64,000 bases of DNA from Ignavibacteria bacterium GWF2_33_9. GTDB lineage: Bacteria; Bacteroidota; Ignavibacteria; Kapaibacteriales; UBA2268. Below the pieces are notes generated by a model, which ran no database searches, was not told the origin of the DNA, and saw nothing but the letters and a program-made list of their open reading frames with translations. The position numbers were made by a program, and so were the translations under genes. The stretch lies in contig MHAC01000008.1 in the NCBI GenBank assembly GCA_001804565.1, forward strand, positions 3,446-67,445, in the 5' to 3' direction. This document shows positions 1 through 9,974 of the stretch, one piece after another (the stretch's first letter is position 1; the number at the start of each line of letters is the position of its first letter).

Positions 1-1877
1 GTAATTCTGGTAATACTGTCGTAACAAGTATTCATCAACCTTCCCGAAAAATTTTCGGAAAATTTAATAAGATTATCATTCTCACAAAATCCGGTAAATT
101 GGCTTATTTTGGTTCAGTTCAGCGTTCAGTTGATTATTTCCAAAGGCGTTCTAAAATTAAATACGATGCATCATCAAATCCTGCAGTTTATATTCTTGAA
201 GCAATGGAATCAAAATCTCCAGAATTCTGGGAAAAACAATATCTTGAGTCCGAAGCATTTATCCATTATGTTCAACATTCACAAAAGGAACTGGAAAATA
301 AAGATATAAACCTAAAGAAGCAAGCACAGAAGGAAAAAATTTACAATCTATCTCAAGTATTTACTCTCGTTAAGCGAAGTTTGAAACTCAAATTGAACAA
401 TACTGCTTCGCTGCTATTGTTGATTTTACAAACACCAATTATTGCCATGTGTGTGGGATTGATATTTTCAGGGATTATTAAAGACGGCTCTCAACTTGAT
501 GATTTCAGACCTGAAGAAGAATTTTTCCGTCTGGAAAATTATTCACGTCCTGTCACTGCACGATACCTTCCGCCATTTAGTGAGGATATGAAAATTCAAA
601 ATCTTACTTCCAAAAATCTCTTGATATATTCTCAAGCTAATGATGTGCTTTATCCCGATACAAATTATTACCGGCAAATTGGTCCATATACAATTTCCAA
701 ACAAGAACTTGGAATACGGGATAAAATGTATTTTCCTGTCAAATCAGGCAATTATGTGCTTGTAATTTCCGATTCAATTTTAGATGAAGATAATTTGCGA
801 TCGGCAATGCATTTCGACTCTGACAATGTTACAAATTCAAACTATTATATTCTCAGTGACAGCCTCAAAACTTTTGCAGTTAACGATTGGAATGCACTCA
901 GCGATTCTCAGAAAGTTGCCCTTTGGTATGACAAGGTATTGATGGAAAGGAAAGTAAGAGTTGAAAGGGAAAATGCAGATTTTAGTAAATATGATTTGAT
1001 AAGCCGATATAGTGTATTTAGTCGATTAAATTTTCTTTTCGATAAAAATTTCACTCTCAATCAAATTAAAAAGTATTACTATACTCTCAAAACCGGTAAA
1101 TATGATTGGTTTGATGCTACTTACGATAAAAAGATTTTATATACAGGTAGCATAGGATATAAGGAACAATCCGAAAAACTTCTAAATCTCATTTTCATCC
1201 TGATTCTTTCTTTCATTTGGATTGGTATGACAAATTCAGTAAAAGATGTTGTTGTCGAAAGACAAATCTTCATCCGTGAAAACAGATACAATCTGAAAAT
1301 TTCTAATTATCTTTCATCAAAATTTCTTGTTTTACTTATAATTTCATCTCTACAGGTTTTAGTATTTCTATGGGTGCTCTATCTATTTATTCCTGTTTTA
1401 CCGGCGAATTACTGGACAATTGCTTTAATATTGCTTCTTACAGCAATGATTGCAGGAGGAATTGGAATATTTATCTCATCTTTGGCTAGTACAATTGAAT
1501 TTGCAATTTTCTCGCTCCCATTAATTTTGATACCTCAAATCATTTTTGCGGGTGTTTTCAAGCATATTGGTGCAATGAATGAGTTCCTAAGAAGTATTTC
1601 TGCCTGGACAATTTCACGATGGTCACTGGAATCGATGGTAAATGCAATTTCACGAACCGTGGACTTCGAATCACCATTCCATCATTTCTTTGTTCCCTTC
1701 AATAATATAATTTATCCCTGCTATTACCCAACTATGAATCGTGGAATAGTAGTTCAGACAGGCTATTTCCCATTTGTCCTTGAAATTGACATATTAATCC
1801 TTATCCTATTTGCATTCATTACTTTTGGGACTTCATGGACTATTCTGCAATTTAAAACTAAATTTATCAAAAAATAA
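1..1877 (+). CDS. ABC transporter ATP-binding/permease fusion (ABCG/ABC-2 type), 5' end outside window
   Basis: The frame is open from nt 3, and the upstream translation ...SIHQPSRKIFGKFNKIIIL contains the ABC H-loop motif (HQPS) in the ABCG arrangement. The C-terminal ~250 aa hold multiple hydrophobic helices typical of an ABC-2 permease. The ORF track shows only an internal TTG at 99. Confidence 0.7.
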   Translation, partial: NSGNTVVTSIHQPSRKIFGKFNKIIILTKSGKLAYFGSVQRSVDYFQRRSKIKYDASSNPAVYILEAMESKSPEFWEKQYLESEAFIHYVQHSQKELENKDINLKKQAQKEKIYNLSQVFTLVKRSLKLKLNNTASLLLLILQTPIIAMCVGLIFSGIIKDGSQLDDFRPEEEFFRLENYSRPVTARYLPPFSEDMKIQNLTSKNLLIYSQANDVLYPDTNYYRQIGPYTISKQELGIRDKMYFPVKSGNYVLVISDSILDEDNLRSAMHFDSDNVTNSNYYILSDSLKTFAVNDWNALSDSQKVALWYDKVLMERKVRVERENADFSKYDLISRYSVFSRLNFLFDKNFTLNQIKKYYYTLKTGKYDWFDATYDKKILYTGSIGYKEQSEKLLNLIFILILSFIWIGMTNSVKDVVVERQIFIRENRYNLKISNYLSSKFLVLLIISSLQVLVFLWVLYLFIPVLPANYWTIALILLLTAMIAGGIGIFISSLASTIEFAIFSLPLILIPQIIFAGVFKHIGAMNEFLRSISAWTISRWSLESMVNAISRTVDFESPFHHFFVPFNNIIYPCYYPTMNRGIVVQTGYFPFVLEIDILILILFAFITFGTSWTILQFKTKFIKK

Positions 1878-1927
1878 ATACCTTTCCTTTTGCAGCGTTT
1901 TATTATATTTGTTTTCGAACATTTTTA

Positions 1928-2542
1928 TTGTCCAAAATTTCTATTATGATTATTTCGCCTGAACTGTTAATTAATGCTTACTCTCACGGAATTTTTCCGA
2001 TGGCAGATTCACGTGAAGGTGAAATAAATTGGTATAAACCTGATAACAGAGCTATTTTCGACATTTACAAAACAAAAATCAGCCGCTCTGTAAAACAGTT
2101 AATCCGGAAGAATGTTTATAAGGTGGATGTTGATAAAAATTTCCGACAAGTGGTTATTCAATGTGCAGGAAGAGATGAAACCTGGATTAATGATGAAATT
2201 ATCGACACGTACACTACAATGCAGGAACTCGGATTTGCACACTCTGTGGAAGTATATAATAAAGAAAAACTTGTTGGGGGGCTTTATGGTGTTCATTTAG
2301 GTGGTGCTTTTTTTGGTGAATCTATGTTTAATCTGGAGCCAAATACTTCTAAAATAGCTTTTGCCTATTTGCTGGAAATTTTGAAATATAATAATTTCTC
2401 ATTACTGGATTCACAGTTTTTGAATCCATTTACCAAGCAACTCGGTGCATTCGAAATTGATGATCGAAAATATATGTTCCTTCTTAATACTTCAATTCAG
2501 CGCAAATGCGGCTTTTACAAACCCAAAATATTTGAAATATAG
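1928..2542 (+). CDS. aat: leucyl/phenylalanyl-tRNA--protein transferase
   Basis: N-terminal SPELLINAYSHGIFPM matches the conserved L/F-transferase N-terminus (E. coli ...LLMAYQRGIFPW). About 200 aa. TTG start at 1928; an alternative ATG lies at 1946. Confidence 0.75.
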   Translation: MSKISIMIISPELLINAYSHGIFPMADSREGEINWYKPDNRAIFDIYKTKISRSVKQLIRKNVYKVDVDKNFRQVVIQCAGRDETWINDEIIDTYTTMQELGFAHSVEVYNKEKLVGGLYGVHLGGAFFGESMFNLEPNTSKIAFAYLLEILKYNNFSLLDSQFLNPFTKQLGAFEIDDRKYMFLLNTSIQRKCGFYKPKIFEI

Positions 2543-2560
2543 CTTTTCTTATTTGCAAAT

Positions 2561-3703
2561 CTAAATCGCCAATATTCCCAAAATTGTGCTTGATTTAGCA
2601 CCTGTTATCTTTGTCAGATTCACTTTCTTTCCTTGCAAAAATAAATATCCCAAATATGCAAATGCTATTGCCTCTTTGTAATCGGAAGGTATGCCGAAAT
2701 CTTCGATTTTTCTGAAGTGTGAATTTTGCAATTTTGATTGAAGTACTTCCATAAGAAAAGTATTATTCCTGCCGCCTCCTGAAACAATTATGGTACTTTC
2801 CGGTTTACAAAATTGCCTGATATTACCGGAAATTGCCTCAGCTGTAAATTCTGTTAATGTACACATAACATCCGCATTTGGTATATTCTGAGAAGCAATT
2901 TTTTCTGCTAAATACTGCATATTATATTTTTCCCTGCCGGTAGATTTTGGTGGTGAAAGATGCAAAAATTCATCTGACAATAGTCTATCCAGAAATTCAG
3001 CATTGATATTCCCAGAACTGGCAAACTCACCATTCATGTCAAAATCTTTTCCTAATACTGTTTTGGAAAATCCGTCCAGCAAGGTATTCCCCGGACCACA
3101 ATCAAAAGCATTCATGAATTCACCCTTCGAAAGATATGTTACATTAGCAATTCCTCCAATATTGAGTAAAATTCTTTCTTCAGTTTCCTCAGCAAGGAAT
3201 TCCATATCGAAAATCGAAACTAAAGGTGCTCCTTCTCCTCCGAGAGCAATATCTCCGGAACGGAAATCTCCGATTACCGGCAATTCAATAATTTTTGATA
3301 ATGCTGATAGGTTTACGGCTTGATAAGTAGAAGATATTTCCCTCCCTTGAAATTCAGTTTTGCGTGGATTATGCCATAAAGTTTGACCATGTACTGCCAC
3401 ATAATCAATTTCGGATTTATTTATTTCTTTCATACCAATAAATCTTTCAATTGCTTCGGCATAAATTTCAGCAAGATAAAAATTAAATTGACTCAATTCA
3501 GAAATATGAATTTTTTCACTCAAACATCTTTGTAAAAATTCATTGACTTCCTTCGGATATGGCAAAAATTCAGTTGCCAGAATTTCTACTAATGGTTTTT
3601 TTTTAGAATTGAACTGCACAAACACAAGGTCGATTCCATCGCAGGAAGTACCTGTCATAAGTCCTAAACCTTTTAAACTATTTTTATCAGAAAATTCAAT
3701 CAT
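2561..3703 (-). CDS. anmK: anhydro-N-acetylmuramic acid kinase
   Basis: N-terminal GLMTGTSCDGIDLV motif (AnmK MSGTSLDGID). Typical length of about 380 aa. Confidence 0.8.
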   Translation of the reverse strand: MIEFSDKNSLKGLGLMTGTSCDGIDLVFVQFNSKKKPLVEILATEFLPYPKEVNEFLQRCLSEKIHISELSQFNFYLAEIYAEAIERFIGMKEINKSEIDYVAVHGQTLWHNPRKTEFQGREISSTYQAVNLSALSKIIELPVIGDFRSGDIALGGEGAPLVSIFDMEFLAEETEERILLNIGGIANVTYLSKGEFMNAFDCGPGNTLLDGFSKTVLGKDFDMNGEFASSGNINAEFLDRLLSDEFLHLSPPKSTGREKYNMQYLAEKIASQNIPNADVMCTLTEFTAEAISGNIRQFCKPESTIIVSGGGRNNTFLMEVLQSKLQNSHFRKIEDFGIPSDYKEAIAFAYLGYLFLQGKKVNLTKITGAKSSTILGILAI

Positions 3704-3835
3704 TTGCTTCCATTTTTTTTTTACAAAATTAGGTTTATTTAATAAAATAGTGTAAATTTGTGTAAATAAAATTACACAGTATTTGAAAACTGTTAATAAA
3801 TTTTAATATAATAAAAGTATGTTTCTTTAACAAAT

Positions 3836-4561
3836 TTGCATATGATATTTGCATTACTATTGGGATCATTAATTGGCTTTTTTCTGGCTGTCCCTCCCGG
3901 TCCGGTTGGGGTGAGCGTAGCTAAATTAGCCGTCTTTAATTCACGTAAAAGTGCCTATCAATTTGTATATGCAACTGCTATAATTGATATTATTTTCGCT
4001 TTTTCAGCAACGGTTACCGCATCAGCAATTGCTGATGCTATCGGTGAATTTACCGACAAACATGTTCTTCTCATAAATTTTGCACAGTTATTCATTGTAT
4101 CTGCTTTCATTATCTACGGAATTTATAGTATTATAAGAAGTAAAAAAGAAGTAATACTTAAAGAACATAAACCTTCAAAATTAAGTCAAATTTTCAATCA
4201 TCTTGCCCATAAAGGACCATTCTTCCTTGGTATGACAATTGCAACATCGAACCTCGCAAATCCTACATTTTTACCGGCTTTGGGCTATTTATCATTGCAG
4301 GCAGCTTCTTTCCATCTTTATGAATTGACCCTTGCAAACAAATTAATCTTTGCTCTCGGATTTGGTGTTGGTAATTTATTGTATCTCTATTTATTGGCTA
4401 ATATAATGGCTATTTACCGAAATAAACTCAGTAAAACTTTCCAGATGCGACTCAAACAATTTGCAGGAATTACTTTCATTAGTTTCGGAACTTTACTGGG
4501 GTACAGATTAATCCAATTTATTCATTGGCAGGAACTGCTGCGATTTGTATTTGTATTTTAG
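3836..4561 (+). CDS. LysE/RhtB-family translocator-like membrane protein
   Basis: Six hydrophobic segments. The N-terminal LAVPPGPVGV resembles the LysE-family (S)PGP motif. Confidence 0.45.
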   Translation: MHMIFALLLGSLIGFFLAVPPGPVGVSVAKLAVFNSRKSAYQFVYATAIIDIIFAFSATVTASAIADAIGEFTDKHVLLINFAQLFIVSAFIIYGIYSIIRSKKEVILKEHKPSKLSQIFNHLAHKGPFFLGMTIATSNLANPTFLPALGYLSLQAASFHLYELTLANKLIFALGFGVGNLLYLYLLANIMAIYRNKLSKTFQMRLKQFAGITFISFGTLLGYRLIQFIHWQELLRFVFVF

Positions 4562-4584
4562 AAGAATCTTAATTTTATATAAAA

Positions 4585-4615
4585 AAAGGGATACTTAATT
4601 TAAGTATCCCTTTTC
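4585..4615. terminator. bidirectional intrinsic terminator hairpin
   Basis: AAAGGGATACTTAA-tt-TAAGTATCCCTTTT is a perfect 13-bp stem flanked by A/T runs. It sits between convergent genes. Confidence 0.7.
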
Positions 4616-4637
4616 ATTTTTCTAATCAGTCTTGATT

Positions 4638-6107
4638 TTATTTATTATCAGGAATATTTTTTACTAATTCGAGTAAGAAATTCCAAATTTTCTGAACTGA
4701 TGAAATTTGTACTTTTTCACTAGGAGTATGAACGTCAAATAAGTTTGGACCAAAAGAAATCATATCCATTCCCGGGTATTTTTCGGCTACTAAACCGCAT
4801 TCCAAACCGGCGTGAATAACTGAAATGATTGCATTATGACCGAATACTTTCTTATACACTTGCTTGCCGAGTTCTAGTACAGGTGAATTCACATTTGGTT
4901 CCCATGCAGGATATCCATCGGACATTGTTGATACTGCACCACCAAGTTCCATAGCAGTTTGTACTTTATTTGCCATTACAACTTTTTCTGATTCAACAGA
5001 ACTGCGTTGTGAAGTGAGAACAGTTATGGATTTTGCATTAGTTTCCACGATAGCAAAGTTTGTTGAAGTTTGAACTAAGTCCTTAATGTCCGGGCTCATA
5101 CGATAAACACCATGAGGCATCACTTGGAATGAGTCAATCAATCTTCTTTGGAAATCATGGCTCATAACTCTTGAAGGAGCTGCAATAGGTTTCACTTCGA
5201 TGAACAAACCAGGTTCTTTCGTAGCAAATTCACGATCCATATTCACTTTGCAATCATTGATATATTCTTCGAAATCAGCAACTGCTGCTTCTTTTACGAA
5301 TATAGTTGCAAATGCTTCACGTGGGATTGCATTATGTTTGCCGGGAGCATTGAATTCTGCCAAACGAGCATTCACTTTGCGTGTTAGTTTCCATAAAATG
5401 CGAGTAAGTAGTACGATTGCATTACCACGACCTTCATGAATATTAATTCCGGAGTGACCTCCTAAAAGTCCTTTCACTGCAATCTGGTATGCAACACTTT
5501 CGCTTGGAACTGTGTCAGCTTCATATTCGTATTCACCGAATGTGTTGATACCGCCTGCACAACCAATTGTAAATGCATCTTCTTCTTCTGAATCAAGATT
5601 AATCATAATTTTTGCATTCATAATGCCGGGCTGCAATTGATTTGCACCTGTCAAACCTGTTTCTTCGTCCACAGTGCAAAGCAATTCAATTGGAGGATGT
5701 TCCATTCCGGGTGCAGTCATAAGTGCCATACCCATTGCAACACCGATTCCATTATCAGCACCGAGTGTAGTTCCGTTTGCTTTCACAAAATCACCATCAA
5801 TCACTGTTTCAATTCCTTGTGTGTCAAAATCGAAATTCACATCGCTGTTTTTTTCACAAACCATATCTACGTGACCTTGAATTGCTATTGGGGTACGATT
5901 TTCCATACCTTTCGTAGCAGGTTTGCTTATTACGAGATTTCCAACTTTGTCTTGAACATATTTGAAATTATTTTTGGTTGCCCATTCTTTCATAAAAGCA
6001 AGTATTTTCTCTTCCTTTTTAGAAGGACGAGGAATTTTAGTAATCTGGTCGAATGCTGTCCATACAGCCTTTGGTTCTAATGATGTTAGGCTTTTATTAT
6101 TTGCCAT
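4638..6107 (-). CDS. pepD: aminoacyl-histidine (Xaa-His) dipeptidase, M20 family
   Basis: 489 aa with PepD-like overall architecture and conserved His/Asp/Glu metal-ligand regions (HVDMV, DNG, EEE). Confidence 0.75.
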   Translation of the reverse strand: MANNKSLTSLEPKAVWTAFDQITKIPRPSKKEEKILAFMKEWATKNNFKYVQDKVGNLVISKPATKGMENRTPIAIQGHVDMVCEKNSDVNFDFDTQGIETVIDGDFVKANGTTLGADNGIGVAMGMALMTAPGMEHPPIELLCTVDEETGLTGANQLQPGIMNAKIMINLDSEEEDAFTIGCAGGINTFGEYEYEADTVPSESVAYQIAVKGLLGGHSGINIHEGRGNAIVLLTRILWKLTRKVNARLAEFNAPGKHNAIPREAFATIFVKEAAVADFEEYINDCKVNMDREFATKEPGLFIEVKPIAAPSRVMSHDFQRRLIDSFQVMPHGVYRMSPDIKDLVQTSTNFAIVETNAKSITVLTSQRSSVESEKVVMANKVQTAMELGGAVSTMSDGYPAWEPNVNSPVLELGKQVYKKVFGHNAIISVIHAGLECGLVAEKYPGMDMISFGPNLFDVHTPSEKVQISSVQKIWNFLLELVKNIPDNK

Positions 6108-6141
6108 ATATTACCTCAGTATATATATTTTATTAAAAAAT

Positions 6142-6495
6142 CTAGTTTTCTTCTTTTTCTATTAATTCCACAAAACCTTTGCTATGCATCATCCCAAAGT
6201 ATTTTGATACTCTTTCGTAAACCGGTTCTATCTTTTCGCCGAATTGTTCTTTCATTATTTTTGCTATTTCGTAAATGTTCCTTTCTCCATTAGATAGCGT
6301 AATACAAGTGGAACCGTATTCATCTAATTTTGCTTCTATGTGCTTTGACTGAAACTTTGGTATTAGGTATTTTTGAGCTAATTTATTCTTAAATCTGGGA
6401 ATTAATAATTTTACTTTATTATCTTCTGTTTTCTCTATTCCAACTTTTCTTTTAGGTATCAATTCTAAAAAATTTGTATCTTTATTTATCTTCAT
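6142..6495 (-). CDS. PqqD-family (RRE-like) small protein
   Basis: The C-terminal 60 aa (ITLSNGERNIYEIAKIMKEQFGEKIEPVYERVSKYFGMMHSKGFVELIE) follow the PqqD pattern of beta-strands then two helices, ending ...FL..L...GLIE. Confidence 0.35.
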   Translation of the reverse strand: MKINKDTNFLELIPKRKVGIEKTEDNKVKLLIPRFKNKLAQKYLIPKFQSKHIEAKLDEYGSTCITLSNGERNIYEIAKIMKEQFGEKIEPVYERVSKYFGMMHSKGFVELIEKEEN

Positions 6496-6602
6496 TCTAT
6501 GTTAAATTAATCCTATTTTTTCTTTTATTTTAATATGCAAATTATTGAAATTTATTAAACCAATCTCTATATCTTTTACAACTTTTGGATTATAAAATCA
6601 AT

Positions 6603-7376
6603 TTAAAAATTCATTAAACCAATGAATAGACCTAGCTGAAATTTAAATCCTGAGTGATTAATACTGCCGGGTACATTATTAATTTTAGCATTATTATTGT
6701 ATTCCCAATTTGAACTAACCAACGGATTATCCAATGAAAATGCATAACTAGCAATCGCACGGAACATTAAGAAATTCGTTACGGCATATTGCAAACTTAG
6801 ACGTGGTTCCAAATTCCAGAAATTTTTGGTCATTTGATGATTGTAATAAATTTCTTTTTCACCTAAATTACCCCAATCCTCTTCTTGTCCGGTTTTGCTG
6901 AGTATAATCTGAGAACTACCGAAACCAAATTGGAAACCCGGTAATATCGCAAAAGCTTTGTAGGGAACGAATGCATAATCCACACCAAAACCTTTATTCG
7001 CAATTTCATAGTTAAAACTGCCATAACTTGTATCTGATTTCATTGTAGATGAAGTGCTGCCGCTATAGCTGAAAAAACCTACGTTCAAATTCTTGACAAT
7101 AATTGCACCGGTTGTAATTTCAAATCCTGATGCGAAAAAAGGAGTTTTCAGTTCGCCAAAACCGAATCTTCCACCAATAGAATTCAAATCATCAAGGTTT
7201 ATAAGATTGTAAGTATAGGTGTATCCGGCTCCAACAGAAAAATACGAATTTGACTCTTGTTGCAATTCTTCTGTATCGAAATCCAAATCATCCAGTTCAT
7301 TCTGATTATCCTGCGATAAAATTACCATTGGCAAAAAAATGATTGCCGCTAAAACTAAAAAGAAAAATTTACGCAT
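6603..7376 (-). CDS. outer-membrane beta-barrel protein
   Basis: Signal peptide, alternating amphipathic beta strands, and a C-terminal aromatic residue (..LMNF). Confidence 0.55.
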   Translation of the reverse strand: MRKFFFLVLAAIIFLPMVILSQDNQNELDDLDFDTEELQQESNSYFSVGAGYTYTYNLINLDDLNSIGGRFGFGELKTPFFASGFEITTGAIIVKNLNVGFFSYSGSTSSTMKSDTSYGSFNYEIANKGFGVDYAFVPYKAFAILPGFQFGFGSSQIILSKTGQEEDWGNLGEKEIYYNHQMTKNFWNLEPRLSLQYAVTNFLMFRAIASYAFSLDNPLVSSNWEYNNNAKINNVPGSINHSGFKFQLGLFIGLMNF

Positions 7377-7528
7377 TGTTTGCTTTTTTTATTAATAATT
7401 AAAAGTGTATAAACAAAAAAAAAGAGTTTTTATTTTTTGTAAATTGAGATTTATATGAATTAGCATTTTTAAAGAAAAAAAAGGGCAAGAATTCTTGCCC
7501 TTTGTGTGATATTTATTGAAATATTGGC

Positions 7529-8239
7529 TTAAAATTCTTCAATAACAAGATAACAAGTTCCTGTGTATCTTTTACCTTTCGATGCATTGCCAGTTGGAGG
7601 AGGATTATTAGGATCAGTAGTATTATTGCCCATTGTTGAAATTCTGTTTGCCTGAATTCCATTGTCAATAAAGAAATGACGCAATGATTCTGCTCTAGCC
7701 TGAGTTAACTGCATATTTTGATTTGGGTCGCCTATTTCATCAGGGAAAGAAATTATTTTAAAGTTCACTGTCAAATTACCTTTGAAGAGATTGATAAAAT
7801 CCTGCAAAAGTACATTCGAACCAAATTTCAAAGTAGATTTATGCAAACCGAAAGCTTTGAAAGGCAGTTCGATTTTTGTACCTGACTTCTTCGGAATTAA
7901 GGTTAAGTCACGTGAAAATTCAGCATATTTGTCTGTCTTAGGGAATGAAACGACAACACTTTGGCGCATATAGTTGAATTCAGCAATTCTAACTTCATAA
8001 GTTTCACCCGGTTTCAGTGAAGTTGCAAAATAAACACCTGTTTTGGCATTACTTGTTACTTTTTGAACTCTTTTATTGCCTGAATCGTAAATTTCCACAT
8101 TGACGCCTATGGGTTGCTTTGAAATTGCATCGAGAACAACACCCGTGAGAGAAACAACTGTTCTCATTTGTGCATTCATTTCAGGTGCAATTAAAAGTAC
8201 TAATATTAAAGCTATATATTTTAAATTTTTCATTGTCAT
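7529..8239 (-). CDS. OmpA-family protein (signal peptide plus C-terminal OmpA-like peptidoglycan-binding domain)
   Basis: Signal peptide MKNLKYIALILVLLIA. The C-terminus has NMQLTQARAESLRHFFIDNGIQANRISTMG, an OmpA_C-like motif. The probable true start is the ATG at 8233. Confidence 0.55.
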   Translation of the reverse strand: MTMKNLKYIALILVLLIAPEMNAQMRTVVSLTGVVLDAISKQPIGVNVEIYDSGNKRVQKVTSNAKTGVYFATSLKPGETYEVRIAEFNYMRQSVVVSFPKTDKYAEFSRDLTLIPKKSGTKIELPFKAFGLHKSTLKFGSNVLLQDFINLFKGNLTVNFKIISFPDEIGDPNQNMQLTQARAESLRHFFIDNGIQANRISTMGNNTTDPNNPPPTGNASKGKRYTGTCYLVIEEF

Positions 8240-8244
8240 TCCTC

Positions 8245-9249
8245 CTATTTCTTACCACGTTTTTTAGAATTCTTTGCTTCAACTTTTCTGAGTAATCTCA
8301 CTGTCCCATCTTCGCAAGCAGCAATTAGAATAGAAGCATCGGAAACCAAGTCCACACTCCAAACACCAACTCCTAAATCTGCATCGAAAAGTAAAAAAGG
8401 ACCGTCTGAATCCCAAAGTCTTACGTGATGGTCCAAACTACCTGAAAGGATTGTCCTATTGTCTCCGGCAAAGGAAACGTCCTGAGTAATGTCAGTATGA
8501 GCTTTGAACTTTCTCATAATTTCGCCGTTTGCAGCATCCCAAATTACGATAAATCCATCAGAATCACTAGATACAATTCTTTTGCTGTCGAAACTGTAAA
8601 GAACTGTGAGCACAGGTGCATTATGTCCTCGAAGTACCATTAAAGGTGCAGCTGTTTCAAAATCTGTACTCCAAACACGTATTGTGCTATCGTCACTTGC
8701 TGTAGCAATAGTTTTTCCATCATAACTGTAAGCAACGTTATTCGTAGGTTGTGTGTGTCCACGCAAAGTTTTTATTTCAGTTCCGGAAGCAACATCCCAA
8801 AGTTTAACGGTTTTATCGAAACTTGTGGAAGCAACTAAAGAACTTTCGTCATCCTGGCTGAAATAAACACCTATCACAGGAGCAGTGTGACCTTGCAATA
8901 CTTTTAATTGTTCTCCTGTTTCTACATCCCAAATCCTTACAGTCCAGTCTTCCGATCCGCTAGCAAGAAATTTGTCATTTCCTGAAAATGAAATATTATA
9001 CACTGCACCAAGATGTCCTTTTAGTGTACGTAATTCTTTTCCTTCAGGTAAACTCCAAATTTTGATTGTTTCATCCAAAGAACTTGTGGCAAACTTTGTG
9101 TCGTCTTCGTTCACAAATACTGCCATCACTTCATCTTCGTGTTTTCCGCTGATTTCTGATTTGTAATTCAATTCCTCGGAAACCGCTCTAGAACCGGATA
9201 AGACGAATATAGCGATTAAAATAAACGAGTAAATCGTCGAAAATCTCAT
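8245..9249 (-). CDS. secreted WD40-repeat protein
   Basis: Signal peptide plus about 7 WD repeats (GH...WD motifs such as IKIWSL, VRIWDV, VKLWDV, IRVWS, VRLWD). Confidence 0.8.
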   Translation of the reverse strand: MRFSTIYSFILIAIFVLSGSRAVSEELNYKSEISGKHEDEVMAVFVNEDDTKFATSSLDETIKIWSLPEGKELRTLKGHLGAVYNISFSGNDKFLASGSEDWTVRIWDVETGEQLKVLQGHTAPVIGVYFSQDDESSLVASTSFDKTVKLWDVASGTEIKTLRGHTQPTNNVAYSYDGKTIATASDDSTIRVWSTDFETAAPLMVLRGHNAPVLTVLYSFDSKRIVSSDSDGFIVIWDAANGEIMRKFKAHTDITQDVSFAGDNRTILSGSLDHHVRLWDSDGPFLLFDADLGVGVWSVDLVSDASILIAACEDGTVRLLRKVEAKNSKKRGKK

Positions 9250-9390
9250 ATTTTCACCTTGTTTTACATTTTATTTGATTTACAAATTATAAAAAAAAAA
9301 TTAATAATTTCAGATTTTTTTATTTTTTTTGAAACTTTTTTTATTTTTTTTCGTAATTAAGGTTACATTTAATTAATTCAGGGTATTATT

Positions 9391-9726
9391 ATGAATAAAT
9401 ATACAAAATTTCAGTTAGCATTTGCATCATTTCTTTTGATTGCTGTAATTGCTGTATTTTCTACAAATTCTTTTGCCGCTGACACAAAAGATGCTAAAAC
9501 TTGTAATTGCAAAATTTCCACTAAAGTGGATAGTTTCTACGATAAAGACGTTATTGAAAACGAACTCAAAAATGACGAAGGTGTAAAAGACGTATATCTC
9601 GATTTAGATGAAAAAATTGTTTACGTTACTTACAATTATCCCGTTACAGATTCACAAAAACTTTGCAATAAAATCGTTAATTTAGGTTACGACGCAAAAG
9701 TTATGGAAGATTCAAACAAATTGTGA
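9391..9726 (+). CDS. small secreted heavy-metal-associated (HMA)-like domain protein
   Basis: Signal peptide, then a ferredoxin-like betaalphabetabetaalphabeta pattern (CNCKIS...VKDVYLDLDEKIVYVTYN...LGYDAKV) reminiscent of the HMA fold, but with a CxC instead of CxxC motif. Confidence 0.4.
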   Translation: MNKYTKFQLAFASFLLIAVIAVFSTNSFAADTKDAKTCNCKISTKVDSFYDKDVIENELKNDEGVKDVYLDLDEKIVYVTYNYPVTDSQKLCNKIVNLGYDAKVMEDSNKL

Positions 9727-9745
9727 TTATCTTAAGTAATCAGAA

Positions 9746-9780
9746 AAAAGACGCAATGCAAATTGCGTCTTTTTTTTTTG
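9746..9780 (+). terminator. rho-independent terminator
   Basis: AAGACGCAAT-gca-AATTGCGTCTT followed by T9. Confidence 0.8.
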
Positions 9781-9974
9781 CTGTTTTGTGTTATATACTG
9801 TAAGTAAATACTACGCACCCTTTGCTATAACTTACTTGCAAGAATATATTTTATAAATATTTTCAAAAAAAATAAAAATAATTGGGAAAATTTTTGTAAA
9901 TTAAATTTTGAAGAAATGCAAACTTATTAATTAGAATATTTTAGTATTATATTTAAAATTTATTGAGGTTTTTT

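Noticed and set aside
99-1877. ORF-track start (TTG at 99) for the first gene
   Set aside because: The frame is open back to the window start and encodes the ABC H-loop (HQPS). The gene is therefore 5'-truncated by the window rather than starting at 99.
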